64,000 nucleotides of DNA from Octopus sinensis (GCF_006345805.1 NC_043004.1:88474001-88538000), one strand, 5' to 3'. Shown: positions 1 to 12,526, numbered from the stretch's first letter. Translations and numbers: made by a program. Notes: generated by a model from the letters alone, not told the origin.

Positions 1-64
1 TGTATGTATGTATATATGTATGTATGTATGTATGTATGTGTGTCTGTATGTATGTATATATATG

Positions 65-125
<61 letters not shown>

Positions 126-198
126 CATATACATACATACATACAGACACACATACATACATACATACATACATACATACATACATACATACATACAT
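1..198. repeat. Compound microsatellite (TATG)n/(TA)n/(TACA)n
   Basis: Directly visible; accounts for ORFs 4..240 and 8..271. Confidence 0.97.
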
Positions 199-375
199 AA
201 ATTCATCTCCCTTTTGTGTTCCCAGTACTCGGCATCCTAATTTAGGAGCCCTTAATTGTATTACTACATGAATAATATTTTTCTTTATGATTAATATTTT
301 GTCTTATGACTAATTCGTCTTTTGTGCTGGGCACCTGGTAGTAACTAATTATTACTACCCTTTTTGTTTATATTC

Positions 376-417
<42 letters not shown>

Positions 418-419
<2 letters not shown>

Positions 420-620
420 AGAGTTTACGAAGAAAAAACAAAAGACAAAGACAGGTGGTTTACAAAACAAACAGATCTATTAGTAGAACGCTCGTGAATA
501 TAAAAAGTCTTTTACGTTTCGAGCCTACGCTCTTCTACAGAAAGGAGCAGAGAAAAAAAACGAGGAGAGAAACAGGGAGAGAAAAGAATCTGTGTAGTCG
601 CTAACGATCTATCATGGTGA
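418..620 (-). mobile_element. Penelope-like element pseudo-LTR remnant (family P1)
   Basis: gggagagtttacgaa...gtttcgagcctacgctcttc...cagaaagg recurs at 32101 and 43537, each next to a (TA)n tract; carries an HHR-like fold on the minus strand. Class assignment is inferred from the HHR motif. Confidence 0.6.
509..544 (-). ncRNA. Minimal type-I hammerhead-like motif (non-canonical core CUGUAGA-A)
   Basis: Minus strand: cuuu-CUGUAGAA-gagc(guag)gcuc-GAAAC-GU-A-aaag; stem I cuuu/aaag, stem II 4 bp, palindromic ACGU stem III, GUA triplet. Confidence 0.5.
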
Positions 621-1184
621 TATATATATATCATACATACATACAAAATATTTGGCACCACTTCAGTATCCTTTACATCTAAGTTCACAATCCTAACCAC
701 TCCCTCCCACTCTTCCCGTCAAAGAACTATGTCCAACGCTGGTGGTCAGAATTAGGATAAAGTATCAGCCGTCAGCGATTTCTTTTCCCTTATTTATTTG
801 TCTATATCTCTATGTTCCCCAAACTCTTTCGACAAACATGCCCTTACTATAAAGACTAGTATATATCTACTCTACTGCTTCTGCCTTTCTGTCTTCCCTC
901 AATCTTTAGTATAATATTTCCTACTCAATCTTAAATCAGTCTTCATTCAATCATGGAAGTGGTAATTCTACAATTCCTTGCTAAGGATGATTATCGGACA
1001 TTTTTCTTCGGAATTGCTGATGGACCTTACCTACAGCTTTATAACTATATTATTTCTGCAATCGATCATGGAACTGTATAACATATCTATTTCAATCCGA
1101 TTCTTCCTTTATTTTTGACAAACTGGAAAATACTAATATCCTCGATTAGGGATATTTCTTCGTTTTTATATTTTTCTTACTTCT

Positions 1185-1275
1185 CCCTCCCTGATGATGG
1201 AATATCTAGCTTATGGAATCCTTACACAATATCACGATCCATATGCTTGGCTATTCTAGAAACAGATGTAAGGTA
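1185..1275 (+). ncRNA. Hammerhead-like motif with long stem II, stem I degenerate
   Basis: CTGATGA (1191-1197), tggaata...tattcta stem II base with inner tatgg/ccata pairing, GAAAC-agat-GTA (1259-1270); stem I does not pair well. Confidence 0.45.
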
Positions 1276-3000
1276 TTCTCTCTGTTTATATTCTTTATGT
1301 AAATTAAATGTTTCTTTCGAGTGATGCGAAATATTTTGCTTTTTTCAGCTTTTATCTTAATCTATATCCACCTGCTCAATGAGAAACTACCTCTATCCAC
1401 CTTCGATTGGCAGTTCAAGCTGGGGTTTTAGTGGTAAATCAAACTGAGCACTCATAGAACATACCTATTACATTACTTCAGCTGACGAAAACTCCTTATA
1501 TTATATTATATTACATTATATCATATATTATATATATCATTATATGTATGTATGCGTGCTGGCGTTACTTAACGGTTGCGTATGCTTAAACGGGCTTCAA
1601 TATTGTGTATGCGTAAACATACATCCTTGTCTGTGTTAAATAATTGCATTCCAGCTGTCGATTATTTCCCGTTGAGTCTTCCATAGATTTTACTTAAGTC
1701 GCATTCAATAAACCGGTGTTGTTCTCTAGGAACAGAAATGACGTATTGGACACCTTCAGCAAGACAATGTTGTAACTATAATGCCGAAAATGGTTTTAAG
1801 AGTTGCGTGCAGAAACCGTCACGCGACAAACAGCGAAGAGAATGGTTAGAGAGGTAGAAGCAGAAATAAAATAAAATAAATAGAAATACATTCTCAAGAG
1901 AAAAGATTTGAAAGAAAATTGTGTAAGAAAAGAAGTGTACGTCGATAGAAAAATAAAGTAGTTCCATTAGCGATTCGATCTTAAAGTCGATATATGTACA
2001 TATAACATTTTGAAAATATATGTGTGTAACAAGAAATAATATAACCGCGAAACGGTGGATTAAGAAGGGGAGAAATAAAGAATTTGAAGAAAAATGCAGA
2101 GGAAAAGAAGCAAATAAGGAAGCGAGAAATGAGGTAAAAGAGATGCACGTGTTATTTGTTTAAGAAAATAAGTGAACAATTAGAAAAAACCCTTTCCTAA
2201 CGTAGGTAGAGGGTAACAGATATGGGATATTTTGGCACAGCAGTTTTGGCACCGCTTGTTTGGCGCCACTGATCCGAAGCTGACTTATTTGACGTCAGAC
2301 GTTTTAATGTTTCTTTCGTTCTCCCCTACTTCTCTCCTTGTTTATTCGTATCAGCATCCAGTTATGTTTGTCTGTGTGTGTAATGTATCTCTCACTCACT
2401 ACCTTTTTCACTTTTTCTAACCGTATACGTATACTCCTGCGCACAAGTGCACGCATGTGTGTTCACTTCCAGTGCCAAAAAAAAAAAGAAATATCCAGTG
2501 AGCCGTGCCAGATTACCTCAGCGCCATATCTGAGGTGACCACTCGTCTCATTCCGCAGACTTACTTATTATCATAGTAGTTTGCTTGTCGGATAGAATTC
2601 GCCGCATAATTATTTCCGGCTCTCTCAAATGCGCACTAGTCAAATTTGTCTTTCGTTATTTAGAAATGAATAAAAATTGAAGTTCGTTTTTCTCATTATC
2701 GACTACATTGTCCCGAGAGAAGTGGACAGACGTGAGTGTCTGCTTATGGCCTCATTTTCCCCCGGAGAACGGGAAAGGATTGAGACAAGGACTGCTAATT
2801 TCTTGCTTCTGTATCTCTTCCATTTTTTTCTTTTGCTTTTTACTTTCTCGATGGTCAATGAAAAAGATAGAAATTGCATACTAACATTCAAAATACCTCA
2901 GCTATTTGCAGCAATCACGTAGAAACCCTCAACTGTTTGAAAAATTTCTCTTTGTGGAAAATTCGGCTTAAAATTCATGTGGACGACGAAACTAAAAAAT

Positions 3001-3218
3001 ATTCTTTTCTACTCTAGGCACAAGGCCCGAAATTTTGGGGCAGCGGGGCCAGTCGATTAGCTCGACCCCAGTACACAACTGGCGCTTAATTTATCGACTC
3101 AGAAAGGTTGAAAGACAAAGTCGACCTCGGCGTATTTTGAACTCAGAACGTAAAGACAGACAAAGTACCGCTAAGCATTTCACCCAACGTGCTAACGTTT
3201 CTGCCAGCTCGCCGCCTT
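3001..3218 (-). mobile_element. tRNA-derived SINE, type A (head ggcggcgagctggcagaa)
   Basis: A-box-like head, B-box-like gagttcaaa, body gtcgac...gataaattaag; many copies in the window. Confidence 0.85.
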
Positions 3219-3599
3219 ACCTAAAACATAACTTAAAACATTTCTTTAAGTCCCATGTCCAAAAGAATAACTTATTATATTTCATAATTAATTATTATTG
3301 CATGATTTACAACATGAAAGACAGAAACCTTCTGTGACAGAAGTTGCTCAAACTCCTTCTGAGCACATTGATACTTAAAAAAGTATTACCTGCCCCGAAA
3401 ACTGACGTTGTCTTATTGTCTCGAAGATGGAGAAGGAATTGAGAGTTTCAAACCATTCCCAATCCTAAGAGCACCAATAAGATAACTGTGATCAATAAGT
3501 TGCCTAGGCATCAAAGCTGGTCTCTGGAAGCGACTGGCTCACCGAATGTGTACGTCTTATAGATTTTCCAATCCATAACAACGCCTTAAATGCATTGTT

Positions 3600-4515
3600 T
3601 TCACTTGCTCTAGCCCAAACGATTATATTTATTAAGCGCAGCTTACTATGCTTGTAGCTCCCCTTACTTTTCTTCTGTCCACGTACCTAACACTTGGTGG
3701 TATTTCATTGTTTACACGAAACATTTTACCGAACAGAATTTCTAGAATACTGACTTCATCCTTCAAGCCTTGTTCAGCATTTACTGTCACTCGTCTCACT
3801 TTATATCTTTCACTATGTACTTCATTACCATTCTCAGGTACCTAGGGATTTTCTTTATTTCTGACCCTTTGATTACCATTTTCTACTACTGTTTCTTCAC
3901 ACTCCTCCTTCATTTCCCATTCTTTATATTTATTCAACTTCTAATCCTGTAATCCAATCACTATACAAATTGCCCTTGCCTAATCTATCAATCGTTAGGC
4001 AGGAGCTTTAAAGACACCCTTTTAATCCCATATCCTCTTCCTCCGTTTCATGAAATCATCTTTTCTTCAGCTCACTTCTCAGACAAGATTCAATCATAAT
4101 CTTGTACACCTCTTTTTTCCACTTCATTTTTCTGCCACTGCAATTTTAACTTCGATCCTGATCCTTCTCAATGGCTTGATAACGACCTGTCGGAATTTGC
4201 TCAAACACTTTATGCTTACCTTGTGCGACGTCTTCACTGTCGACAGTGCGGGGTCACTGATTATGACTATTTGAATCTGACTTTTTCACTCATTTTAAGA
4301 TAGCATTTATAATGTTATACAATCAAGAATATTTTTATTGACACCATCACTAGGTGGGTTACCAACTAATGCTGTGAGAGTTCAGATCAACCTTCATTTA
4401 TACATTGTTGAATGGCCGTAGACATTCATGAATTCCTCCATCCTCTGACAGATCTTGTTGTTCTTCCCGCAGAGAAGCAATTTTAGTGGGGTTGCTGGTT
4501 TAATCGACGACACGA
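3600..4515 (-). mobile_element. Decayed 5' portion of an R4/Dong-like RLE LINE
   Basis: Minus-strand manual translation gives KMKWKKEVYKIMIESCLRSE and NEIPPSVRYVDRRKVRGATSIV, resembling R4/Dong N-terminal regions; many stops; follows an aataataat junction. Confidence 0.55.
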
Positions 4516-4516
4516 T

Positions 4517-4852
4517 CATTATTATTTTGATTTGGCTCAGGTTTGGTGTTATTCCTGGTAGAAATCATGTGGATACCGGGTTACGACCTGTAACCTTAGG
4601 TATTCACAAATTTTCAGCTGTCTTTGAGGTGCTTAGAACCTTCCTGTTAATCCTTGCTGTCCCCAAGAAACAAAGTTTCTGTAGGAGCTCTACCAGACAT
4701 TCTATTTCAATCTCCTTCAGCAATTTGTCTTTTCTTTGGCTTACTGCTCCCAACACACCAATTGTTATAGGCACAACCTTTGCTGTTCGCATGCTCCGAA
4801 TTTTTTCTTTTTTAAATTTGAAGGGATTGTATATTTTGTCTCTCTTCCTCCT

Positions 4853-4854
<2 letters not shown>
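4517..4854 (-). mobile_element. 5'-truncated R4/Dong-like LINE 3' end (RLE domain plus 3' UTR) bounded by TAA repeats
   Basis: ORF 4604..4792 MRTAKVVPITIGVLGAVS...LQKLCFLGTARINRKVL matches the RLE C-terminus seen at 53511..53762. Confidence 0.8.
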
Positions 4855-4887
<33 letters not shown>

Positions 4888-4894
4888 ATTATTA

Positions 4895-4952
<58 letters not shown>

Positions 4953-4983
4953 CATCATCACCACCACCACCACCATCATCATT

Positions 4984-5016
<33 letters not shown>

Positions 5017-5052
5017 GTCGTCGTCATCATCATGATTATTATTATTATTATT
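4855..5052. repeat. (TTA)n/(TCA)n/(CCA)n trinucleotide tract
   Basis: Directly visible. Confidence 0.97.
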
Positions 5053-5608
5053 GAGTGAGAGAGCAGTTCATGCCATCAAAGTGACACTGGGGTAAAATAT
5101 ACGAAGCCCAATATACCCATCATGACTACCCGTCTGATAAGGGTACACCAGGCACATGCATCACAACCATATGTGCGCGACATGGTGATCTCATATCAAG
5201 ATAAACAGTACATGACCTTGCAGGTGGGGCCCAGTTAGAATTTTCTTCAGGTTGAGTAGCCCATCCCGCTCAAACGGTCCCTGAATAAGGGTTGTTTAAG
5301 GATGTTGAAAGAACAACCCATGTTTCCAGAGGTGAACTATTCAAACTCCAAAGAATCCCTCTCAACACATGGTTATGATGCTCCCCCACTACTTCTGCTC
5401 GTGATCAGAGATGCACATATCGTCAGCCACTAAGGGACATGATCAACCGGTTACGGTCAAACAACTGACAAGCAAATCTGTGGTATTGATCAGAATATTT
5501 GCTGTAGCCCATCTTTTATACCAAGACAAAACAATGTACATGATAACACTTCCAATCAGTTAAGATCAGAAGCCATGAGAGCCACTGCCTGGTACTGCAT
5601 CAGGGCAT
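5053..5608 (-). mobile_element. ~556-bp (TTA)n-flanked non-coding repeat unit, copy 1
   Basis: gagtgagagagcag...ctgcatcagggcattt; near-identical to 6056-6611 and 6677-7231. Orientation assumed from neighbouring LINE pieces. Confidence 0.85.
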
Positions 5609-5661
5609 TTATTATTATTATTACAACTACCCGTCTGATAAGAGTACACCAGGTACATGCA

Positions 5662-5938
5662 TAGTGTTTGTATTGTGTTGTATGTGTAATGCGTGTTGTG
5701 TTCTTCCGTTGGGTATCCGTCCTGTATTTATTTTATTGTGTATTTACTGTATGGAGTATGCCTTATGTTTGTGGGCTGTTTTATTTGAGTTATACTATTG
5801 AATTGATAGCATCTTGCATAGGATGTAGGCTTTTTTCTAGCAGGGCTATATTTTGCATAGTTTGTAGTGTTGAGCTTTCCAGATATAGCTTCTACGTTTT
5901 TGTTCATACTCGTCTTTATCATACGCAATACTCCAACT
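5662..5938 (-). mobile_element. Short R4/Dong-like LINE 3' fragment
   Basis: Minus strand VVGVLRMIKTSMNKNVEAISGKLN, then after a frameshift MQNIALL; resembles the RLE C-terminal IGALGMIKK...LQKIALLG segment; abuts a TAA/TGA tract. Confidence 0.6.
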
Positions 5939-5951
5939 ACCATCATCATCA

Positions 5952-6012
<61 letters not shown>

Positions 6013-6055
6013 CATCATCATCATCATCATCATCATTATCATTATTATTATTATT

Positions 6056-6611
6056 GAGTGAAAGAGCAGTGCATGCCATCAAAGTGACACTGGGGTAAAA
6101 TATACGAAGCCCAATATACCCATCATGACTACCCGTCTGATAAGGGTACACCAGGCACATGCATCACAACCATATGTGCGCGACATGGTGATCTAATATC
6201 AAGATAAACAGCACATGACCTTGCAGGTGGGGCCCAGTTAGAATTTTCTTCAGGTTGAGTAGCCCATCCCGCTCAAACGGTCCCTGAATAAGGGTTGTTT
6301 AAGGATGTTGAAAGAACCACCCATGTTTCCAGAGGTGAATTATTCAAACCCCAAAGAATCCCTCTCAACACATGGCTATGATGCTCCCCCACTACTTCTG
6401 CTCGTGATCAGAGATGCACATATCGTCAGCCACTAAGGGACATGGTCAACTGGTTAAGGTCAAACAACTGATAAGCAAATCTGTGGTATTGAGCAGAATA
6501 TTTGCTGTAGCCCATCTTTTATACCAAGACAAAACAATGTACATGATAACACTTCCAATCAGTTAAGATCAGAAGCCATGAGAGCCACTGCCTGGTACTG
6601 CATCAGGGCAT
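6056..6611 (-). mobile_element. ~556-bp (TTA)n-flanked repeat unit, copy 2
   Basis: Direct sequence match to copies 1 and 3. Confidence 0.85.
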
Positions 6612-6615
6612 TTAA

Positions 6616-6676
<61 letters not shown>

Positions 6677-7231
6677 GAGTGAGAGAGCAGTGCATGCCAT
6701 CAAAGTGACATTGGGGTAAAATATACGAAGCCCAATATACCCATCATGACTACCCGTCTGATAAAGGTACACCAGGCACATGCATCACAACCATATGTGC
6801 GCGACATGGTGATCTTATATCAAGATAAACAGCACATGACCTTGCAGGTGGGGCCCAGTTAGAATTTTCTTCTGGTTGAGTAGCCCATCCCGCTCAAAAG
6901 GTCCCTGAATAAGGGTTGTTTAAGGATGTTGAAAGAACACCCATGTTTCCAGAGGTGAATTATTCAAACCCCAAAGAATCCCTCTCAACACATGGCTATG
7001 ATGCTCCCCCACTACTTCTGCTCGTGATCAGAGATGCACATATCGTCAGCCACTAAGGGACATGCTCAACTGGTTAAGGTCAAACATCTGACAAGCAAAT
7101 CTGTGGTATTGATCAGAATATTTGCTGTAGCCCATCTTTTATACCAAGACAAAACAATGTACATGATAACACTTCCAATCAGTTAAGATCAGAAGCCATG
7201 AGAGCCACTGCCTGGTACTGCATCAGGGCAT
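6677..7231 (-). mobile_element. ~556-bp (TTA)n-flanked repeat unit, copy 3
   Basis: Direct sequence match to copies 1 and 2; followed by (TTA)n to about 7392. Confidence 0.85.
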
Positions 7232-7279
7232 TTATTATTATTATTATTATTATTATCATTATTATTATTATTATTATCA

Positions 7280-7334
<55 letters not shown>

Positions 7335-7335
7335 C

Positions 7336-7378
<43 letters not shown>

Positions 7379-7775
7379 GCATTATTATTATTTTGATGTG
7401 TCGTTTGAAGACAGAGGAGGCATATAGACTCGGAAATATTTTTCTTGAAATTTCTATTTTATCAGTCATGTTTTTTTCTTTCGATAAACATTGTAAATTT
7501 CTTTTACAGCCACAACTTTCTTTACAACGGCTTAACGTTTGTTGTTTGCTTACGTCATGTGCCTGATTATGTTTTCTTTCTCTTTTGTAAATATATGCCA
7601 AAAGAAGCTGCATTGATTAGCATAGCAGGTGGTGACAGACTATAAAAGATACTAATGATAATATGTTTACAGAAACACAAGCGTAGATATGTCTGACCAC
7701 GAAGTACGAAGTTCTTAGTATATGTGTGCACCTGGGTGATCGTGTGGTTTAATGTATTTGTGAATTTATATATAT

Positions 7776-7993
7776 ACTTTATCTTGTTACCGTCATTTGA
7801 CTGAGGCCATGCTGGGGCACCGCCTTTAGTCGAGCAAATCGACCCCAGGACTTATTCTTTGGAAGCCAAGTACTTATTCTATCGGTCTCTTTTGCCGATC
7901 CGCTTACGTTACGGGGACGTAAACACACCACAATCTGTTCTAAAGCGATGTTGGGGAACAAACACAGACACACAAACATATACACATACATAC

Positions 7994-8039
<46 letters not shown>

Positions 8040-8196
8040 ACGGGCTTCTTTCAGTTTCCGTCTACCAAATTCACTCACAAGGCTTTGGTCGGCCCGAAGC
8101 TATAGTAGAAGACACTTACCCAAGGTGATTCACAGTAGGACTGGGCCCGGAACCATGTGGTTAGTAAGCAAACTACTTACCACACAGCCACTCCTG

Positions 8197-8198
<2 letters not shown>
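7776..8198 (-). mobile_element. tRNA-derived SINE, type C (head ggcgcaggagtggctgtgtggt, internal TA/TG tract)
   Basis: tRNA-like head, CORE-like accttgggcaagtgtcttct segment, tail ggcggtgccccagcatggcc..agtcaaatgac. Confidence 0.85.
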
Positions 8199-8280
<82 letters not shown>

Positions 8281-8363
8281 CTGATGATATGATATATATG
8301 TAAAAAATGTAATATATAAATAAATATCTATAAATATGAACCATCCGATCTGATTACTTCATT

Positions 8364-8590
<227 letters not shown>

Positions 8591-8949
8591 ATACATACGT
8601 ACATACATATGCATGCATCCATACATAAATACATACATATGTATATACATGTGTTCATATATACATGTGTGTGGCCCAGATAATGTTGATAATGGAAGTT
8701 TGTTTTCATTTATTAAAATACTATTGCATTTATCTAGAAAAGATTTTTTTCCTGTAAACGAAATTATTTCCCAATATATGTTTAACACTCTGACGTCTAT
8801 TGCACTGTATTGCTGACTGGCGTTCAATTTCCATAGTATATTTCATAATTTAAGCATTTCTTACTCAAGTATGTTAAATAAGAAAAGAGAATTAAGTACA
8901 TCTAAAAACTACTTTAATTCACTTGAAATTAACGTTGGTTTCAATTTTT

Positions 8950-9138
8950 TTTGGCACAAGCCCTGCAATTTCGGGTCAGGTATTAAGTCTATTGCACGAC
9001 CCCAAGGCTCAACTAGTACTTATTTCATCGACCTCGAAAAGTCGATCCCAGCGGAATTTGAACTCAGAACGTAAAGACGGACGAAATGCCGCTAAACATT
9101 TTTCCCCAGCGTGCTAACGATTCTGCCCGCTCGCCGCC
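8950..9138 (-). mobile_element. SINE type A
   Basis: Matches the 3001-3218 family. Confidence 0.8.
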
Positions 9139-9347
9139 CTGTTTGAAACTATTATTGAGAATAATAATATATTATATTCTAATCTTTAGAATATTTAATT
9201 CTTGAAATATTTTGGAAAATGAGCAGATACTGGAGTTCCAGGGAGGTAAATAGCCAGTGGGAATAAAATCATTCTTATAAAATGTAGGGAACAAGTGTAC
9301 ACTGAGGATACTCGAACATATTGGTTTCAAATTTTTACACACTGCAA

Positions 9348-9535
9348 GCAATTTCTGCGAGGTATTAGCCGATTAGATCGATTCCAGTGCTCAATCGATA
9401 CTTATTTTATCGAATCCGGAAGGATGAAAGGTAAAATCGACCCCGGTAGAATTTTAACTCAGAACGTAAGGACGGATGAAATACCTCTAAGCATTTCGTC
9501 CGGCGTGATAAAGATGCTACCAGGTTTCTGCCTTA
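9348..9535 (-). mobile_element. SINE type A, diverged
   Basis: tttatcga...aaggatgaaagg...aactcagaacgtaa...aagcatttcg motifs. Confidence 0.7.
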
Positions 9536-9574
9536 AGGCAGACATGCAAATATCGTTACTACAACAGGCACAGT

Positions 9575-9930
9575 TCTCGTTTTCTTTTTTTATTTGTTTC
9601 AGTCATTTGACTGCGGCTATGCTGGGGCAACTCCTTTAGTCGAACAGATCGGCCCCAGGACTTATTCTTTGTAAGCCTAGTACTCATTCTATCGGTGTCT
9701 TTTACTGAACCGCTAAATTACGGAGACATAAACACACCAACATCGGTTGTCAAGCGATGGTGGGAGGGACAAACACAGACACACACACACATATACAGTT
9801 TCCGCCTACCAAATCCACTCACAAGGCTTGGGTCGGCCCGAGGATATAGTAGAAGACTCTTGCCCAGAGTTCCACACAACGGGACTGAACCCGGTAAGCA
9901 AGCTACTTACCACACAACCATTCCTGTGCC
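9575..9930 (-). mobile_element. SINE type C
   Basis: Matches the 7776-8198 family. Confidence 0.85.
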
Positions 9931-10583
9931 TGTTAAAATGATATTCAAATCTGCGATGAGCCACATTTTTTGAGATATTGGATCTGTACCTACCACAGCT
10001 TCGGAAATTGAGAATATTATCATGTAAAGATATCAGAATATTCTGTGCTTTTAACCAACAAAGGAATAAATAGATTCTAGGTTCTTCTGACACTTCGTTA
10101 TCCGCCATAAAACTGGTGATTAGCAAAACAGCAGTTTTCACGATGCAGTCCAGTGTTTCACATTTGGGTTTATAAACAGATTTTTCACAGCATTGGTGTT
10201 CGAGAAACTGGATTCTTCTAAATCGAATATGGACATTTGAGTGGAAATTTGGGTAGTTTTGTGCATGTTATAGAATTGTTGGTCATGATTATATGCAGCA
10301 CGATTCTTAACCGTTTCGCTGATGCAATTGCTAAGGTGTGACTGATTTAAATTATGCAGCGGCAAAACACACACACACACATATAGAGAAAGAGAGGAAG
10401 AGGTAGACAGAGACAGACAGACACACAGACAGACAGATAGATATATGCATGTGTGTGTATGCATGTTTGTATGTATGTGTGCAGAAATATACGTCCTATT
10501 CGTCTTCTATCAGAAAAAGTGCATTAATTATATTAATCCATGCACATGCAAGAATGCTAGATAACTTGGAATAAAAAGTAGAA

Positions 10584-10639
<56 letters not shown>

Positions 10640-11499
10640 CAATATGTTGCCCCTGAAAATCATGTAGCCCTTTGCCATTTGTCAGTCACCAGAATGAAGT
10701 TTATTCGTTTGTTCACCAATGTGAAAAGGCGCAGATGCAAAACAATGTTGCGGGAAGAATCGTTAAGCTTGAAGTTTGCACTAAATCTTTCATGAGTTGT
10801 ATTGAATCTGCTTTTCTCATTTATTTTTCACTTGTGAGACATGTCATATGCTCAATTATTTATAATTACTTCTGTTCGTTGAGACCCTTTGTAAATTAAC
10901 CCCCTATGAGGATAAGCTACATTCACGGGAAACTCAATGTCACAGAGTTAATCTGATTCCTTGATAATTAGTTAACAAGATATTCCAAAACTGGAAGAAA
11001 AGAAATGAATCCATTGTTATACGTACCGTTTCTTTCGGCGCGTTTCTTCAATCAACTAAATTTTATTTATTTTAACCGCGTGAATGGCTGTTAAATGTGA
11101 ACAAGCTACAAGAAATTTCGCTTGATGGCCTTGCATACGAAGCGCAATCATGCAGAAACAATATTTTGCTCAAGAAAATAAATATAAAGCCGAAAAGTTG
11201 TAGCCGCCATATTTGCTTTAATGTAGTGTATAAAAAGTATACTTCACGTTCTGCGTCTCACTAAAAACTACTTTGTAGATCTAAATTATTTATAACCACT
11301 TATACTTTGAGAACCTCTGTCACTTATGCGTCAATTCAGATAATTTGAAATGCAATTGTTCGGTTTTATAACCAGATAATTATTGCCCCTAAGAATCTTA
11401 TTTTACGTTGGTTAGTTTAAGTAATATTCACAGTGTCGTTGTATTGACAGCTGGACGTATGTTAGCACGATTGATACAAAACCATAAATATTTCTACCG

Positions 11500-11626
11500 C
11501 TGGAGGTCGACTTTGCCATTCATCCTTTCAGGGTTGATAAATTAAGTGCCAGTTGCGTACTGAGGCCGATCTAATCGACTGGCCCCCTCCCCCAAAATTT
11601 CGGGCCTTGTGCCTAGAGTAGAAAAG
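11500..11626 (+). mobile_element. 5'-truncated SINE type A with 13-bp TSD
   Basis: aatatttctaccg at 11487-11499 and 11627-11639 flanks the SINE body. Confidence 0.85.
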
Positions 11627-12116
11627 AATATTTCTACCGTTGTCTGGCTCAGTCTTTTTATGTTTAACTCTACTTGACCGACAAAAATTGGTGACAGGAC
11701 GCATGGAAGCTAACTAGAATTAAACGTACAGAACTTACATGATTATACTCCGATTACGATGATTTGAGAGGTATTTTGCTGTGTTCGTATGTGGCGTATT
11801 ATAATATATACACACATACAAACACATATGTATGCACAAATCATGCATGAAGTTTCAAGTTAACAACTTAACAGACCATATCTCAAGTCAATTTTAAACA
11901 AATTATCCCTCGAGAAAAATTTCAACGAATCTCTAAGTATATATTATAAACATTAGAAAAGACTAAGTAAGCGATTAGCAAACCGCTATCACAGTAAAGA
12001 AGTCAGTACGAGATGATGCTGAAAATTTGTATATTTTAACTAAATTATTTCTTTACAAAGATTTGTTTTTTCAAACAAATGCAAAATCCGGGCGTTAATC
12101 GTTGAAAATATATATA

Positions 12117-12526
12117 GGCTCAGGAGTGGCTGTGTGGTAAGAAGCTTGCATCCCAACCACAAGGTTCCGAGTTCAGTCTCATTGCGTGGCACCTTGGGCA
12201 AGTGTCTTCTACTATAACCTCGGGCCCACCAAAGCCTCCCAAGTGCAATTAGTAGATGGAAACTGAACTAAGCCCGTCGTACACACACACACACACACGC
12301 ACACACACATACACACGCACACACACACAAACACACACATATATATATAAGTATGCATTTATTTCTATCTTGCTATCATCGGTTGACAATCGATGTTGGT
12401 GTGTCTACATCCCCTAACCCTAGCGCTACGGCAAAATGGAATGATATAATAAGTCCTGGGGGCGATTTGTTTGACAAAAGGCGGTACTCGAGCATGGCCG
12501 CAATCTAATGACTGACACAACAAAAA
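12117..12526 (+). mobile_element. SINE type C, diverged
   Basis: caggagtggctgtgtggtaagaagcttg...gcaccttgggcaagtgtcttct...gcatggccgcaatctaatgactga. Confidence 0.8.

Noticed and set aside
5053-7231. Three 556-bp repeats separated by variable spacers as a CRISPR-like array
   Set aside because: The units are far too long, the spacers are simple repeats, the context is eukaryotic and there are no cas genes.
7150-7231. HDV-like ribozyme at the presumed 5' end of the 556-bp unit
   Set aside because: A partial P1/P3 can be drawn (gatgcag/ctgatc, ggc-tctcatg-gct), but the P1.1 GG and J4/2 elements are not evident.
9806-10464. Two adjacent minus-strand ORFs as host exons
   Set aside because: They begin or end inside a microsatellite or a SINE, show no recognisable domain, and have no convincing splice context.
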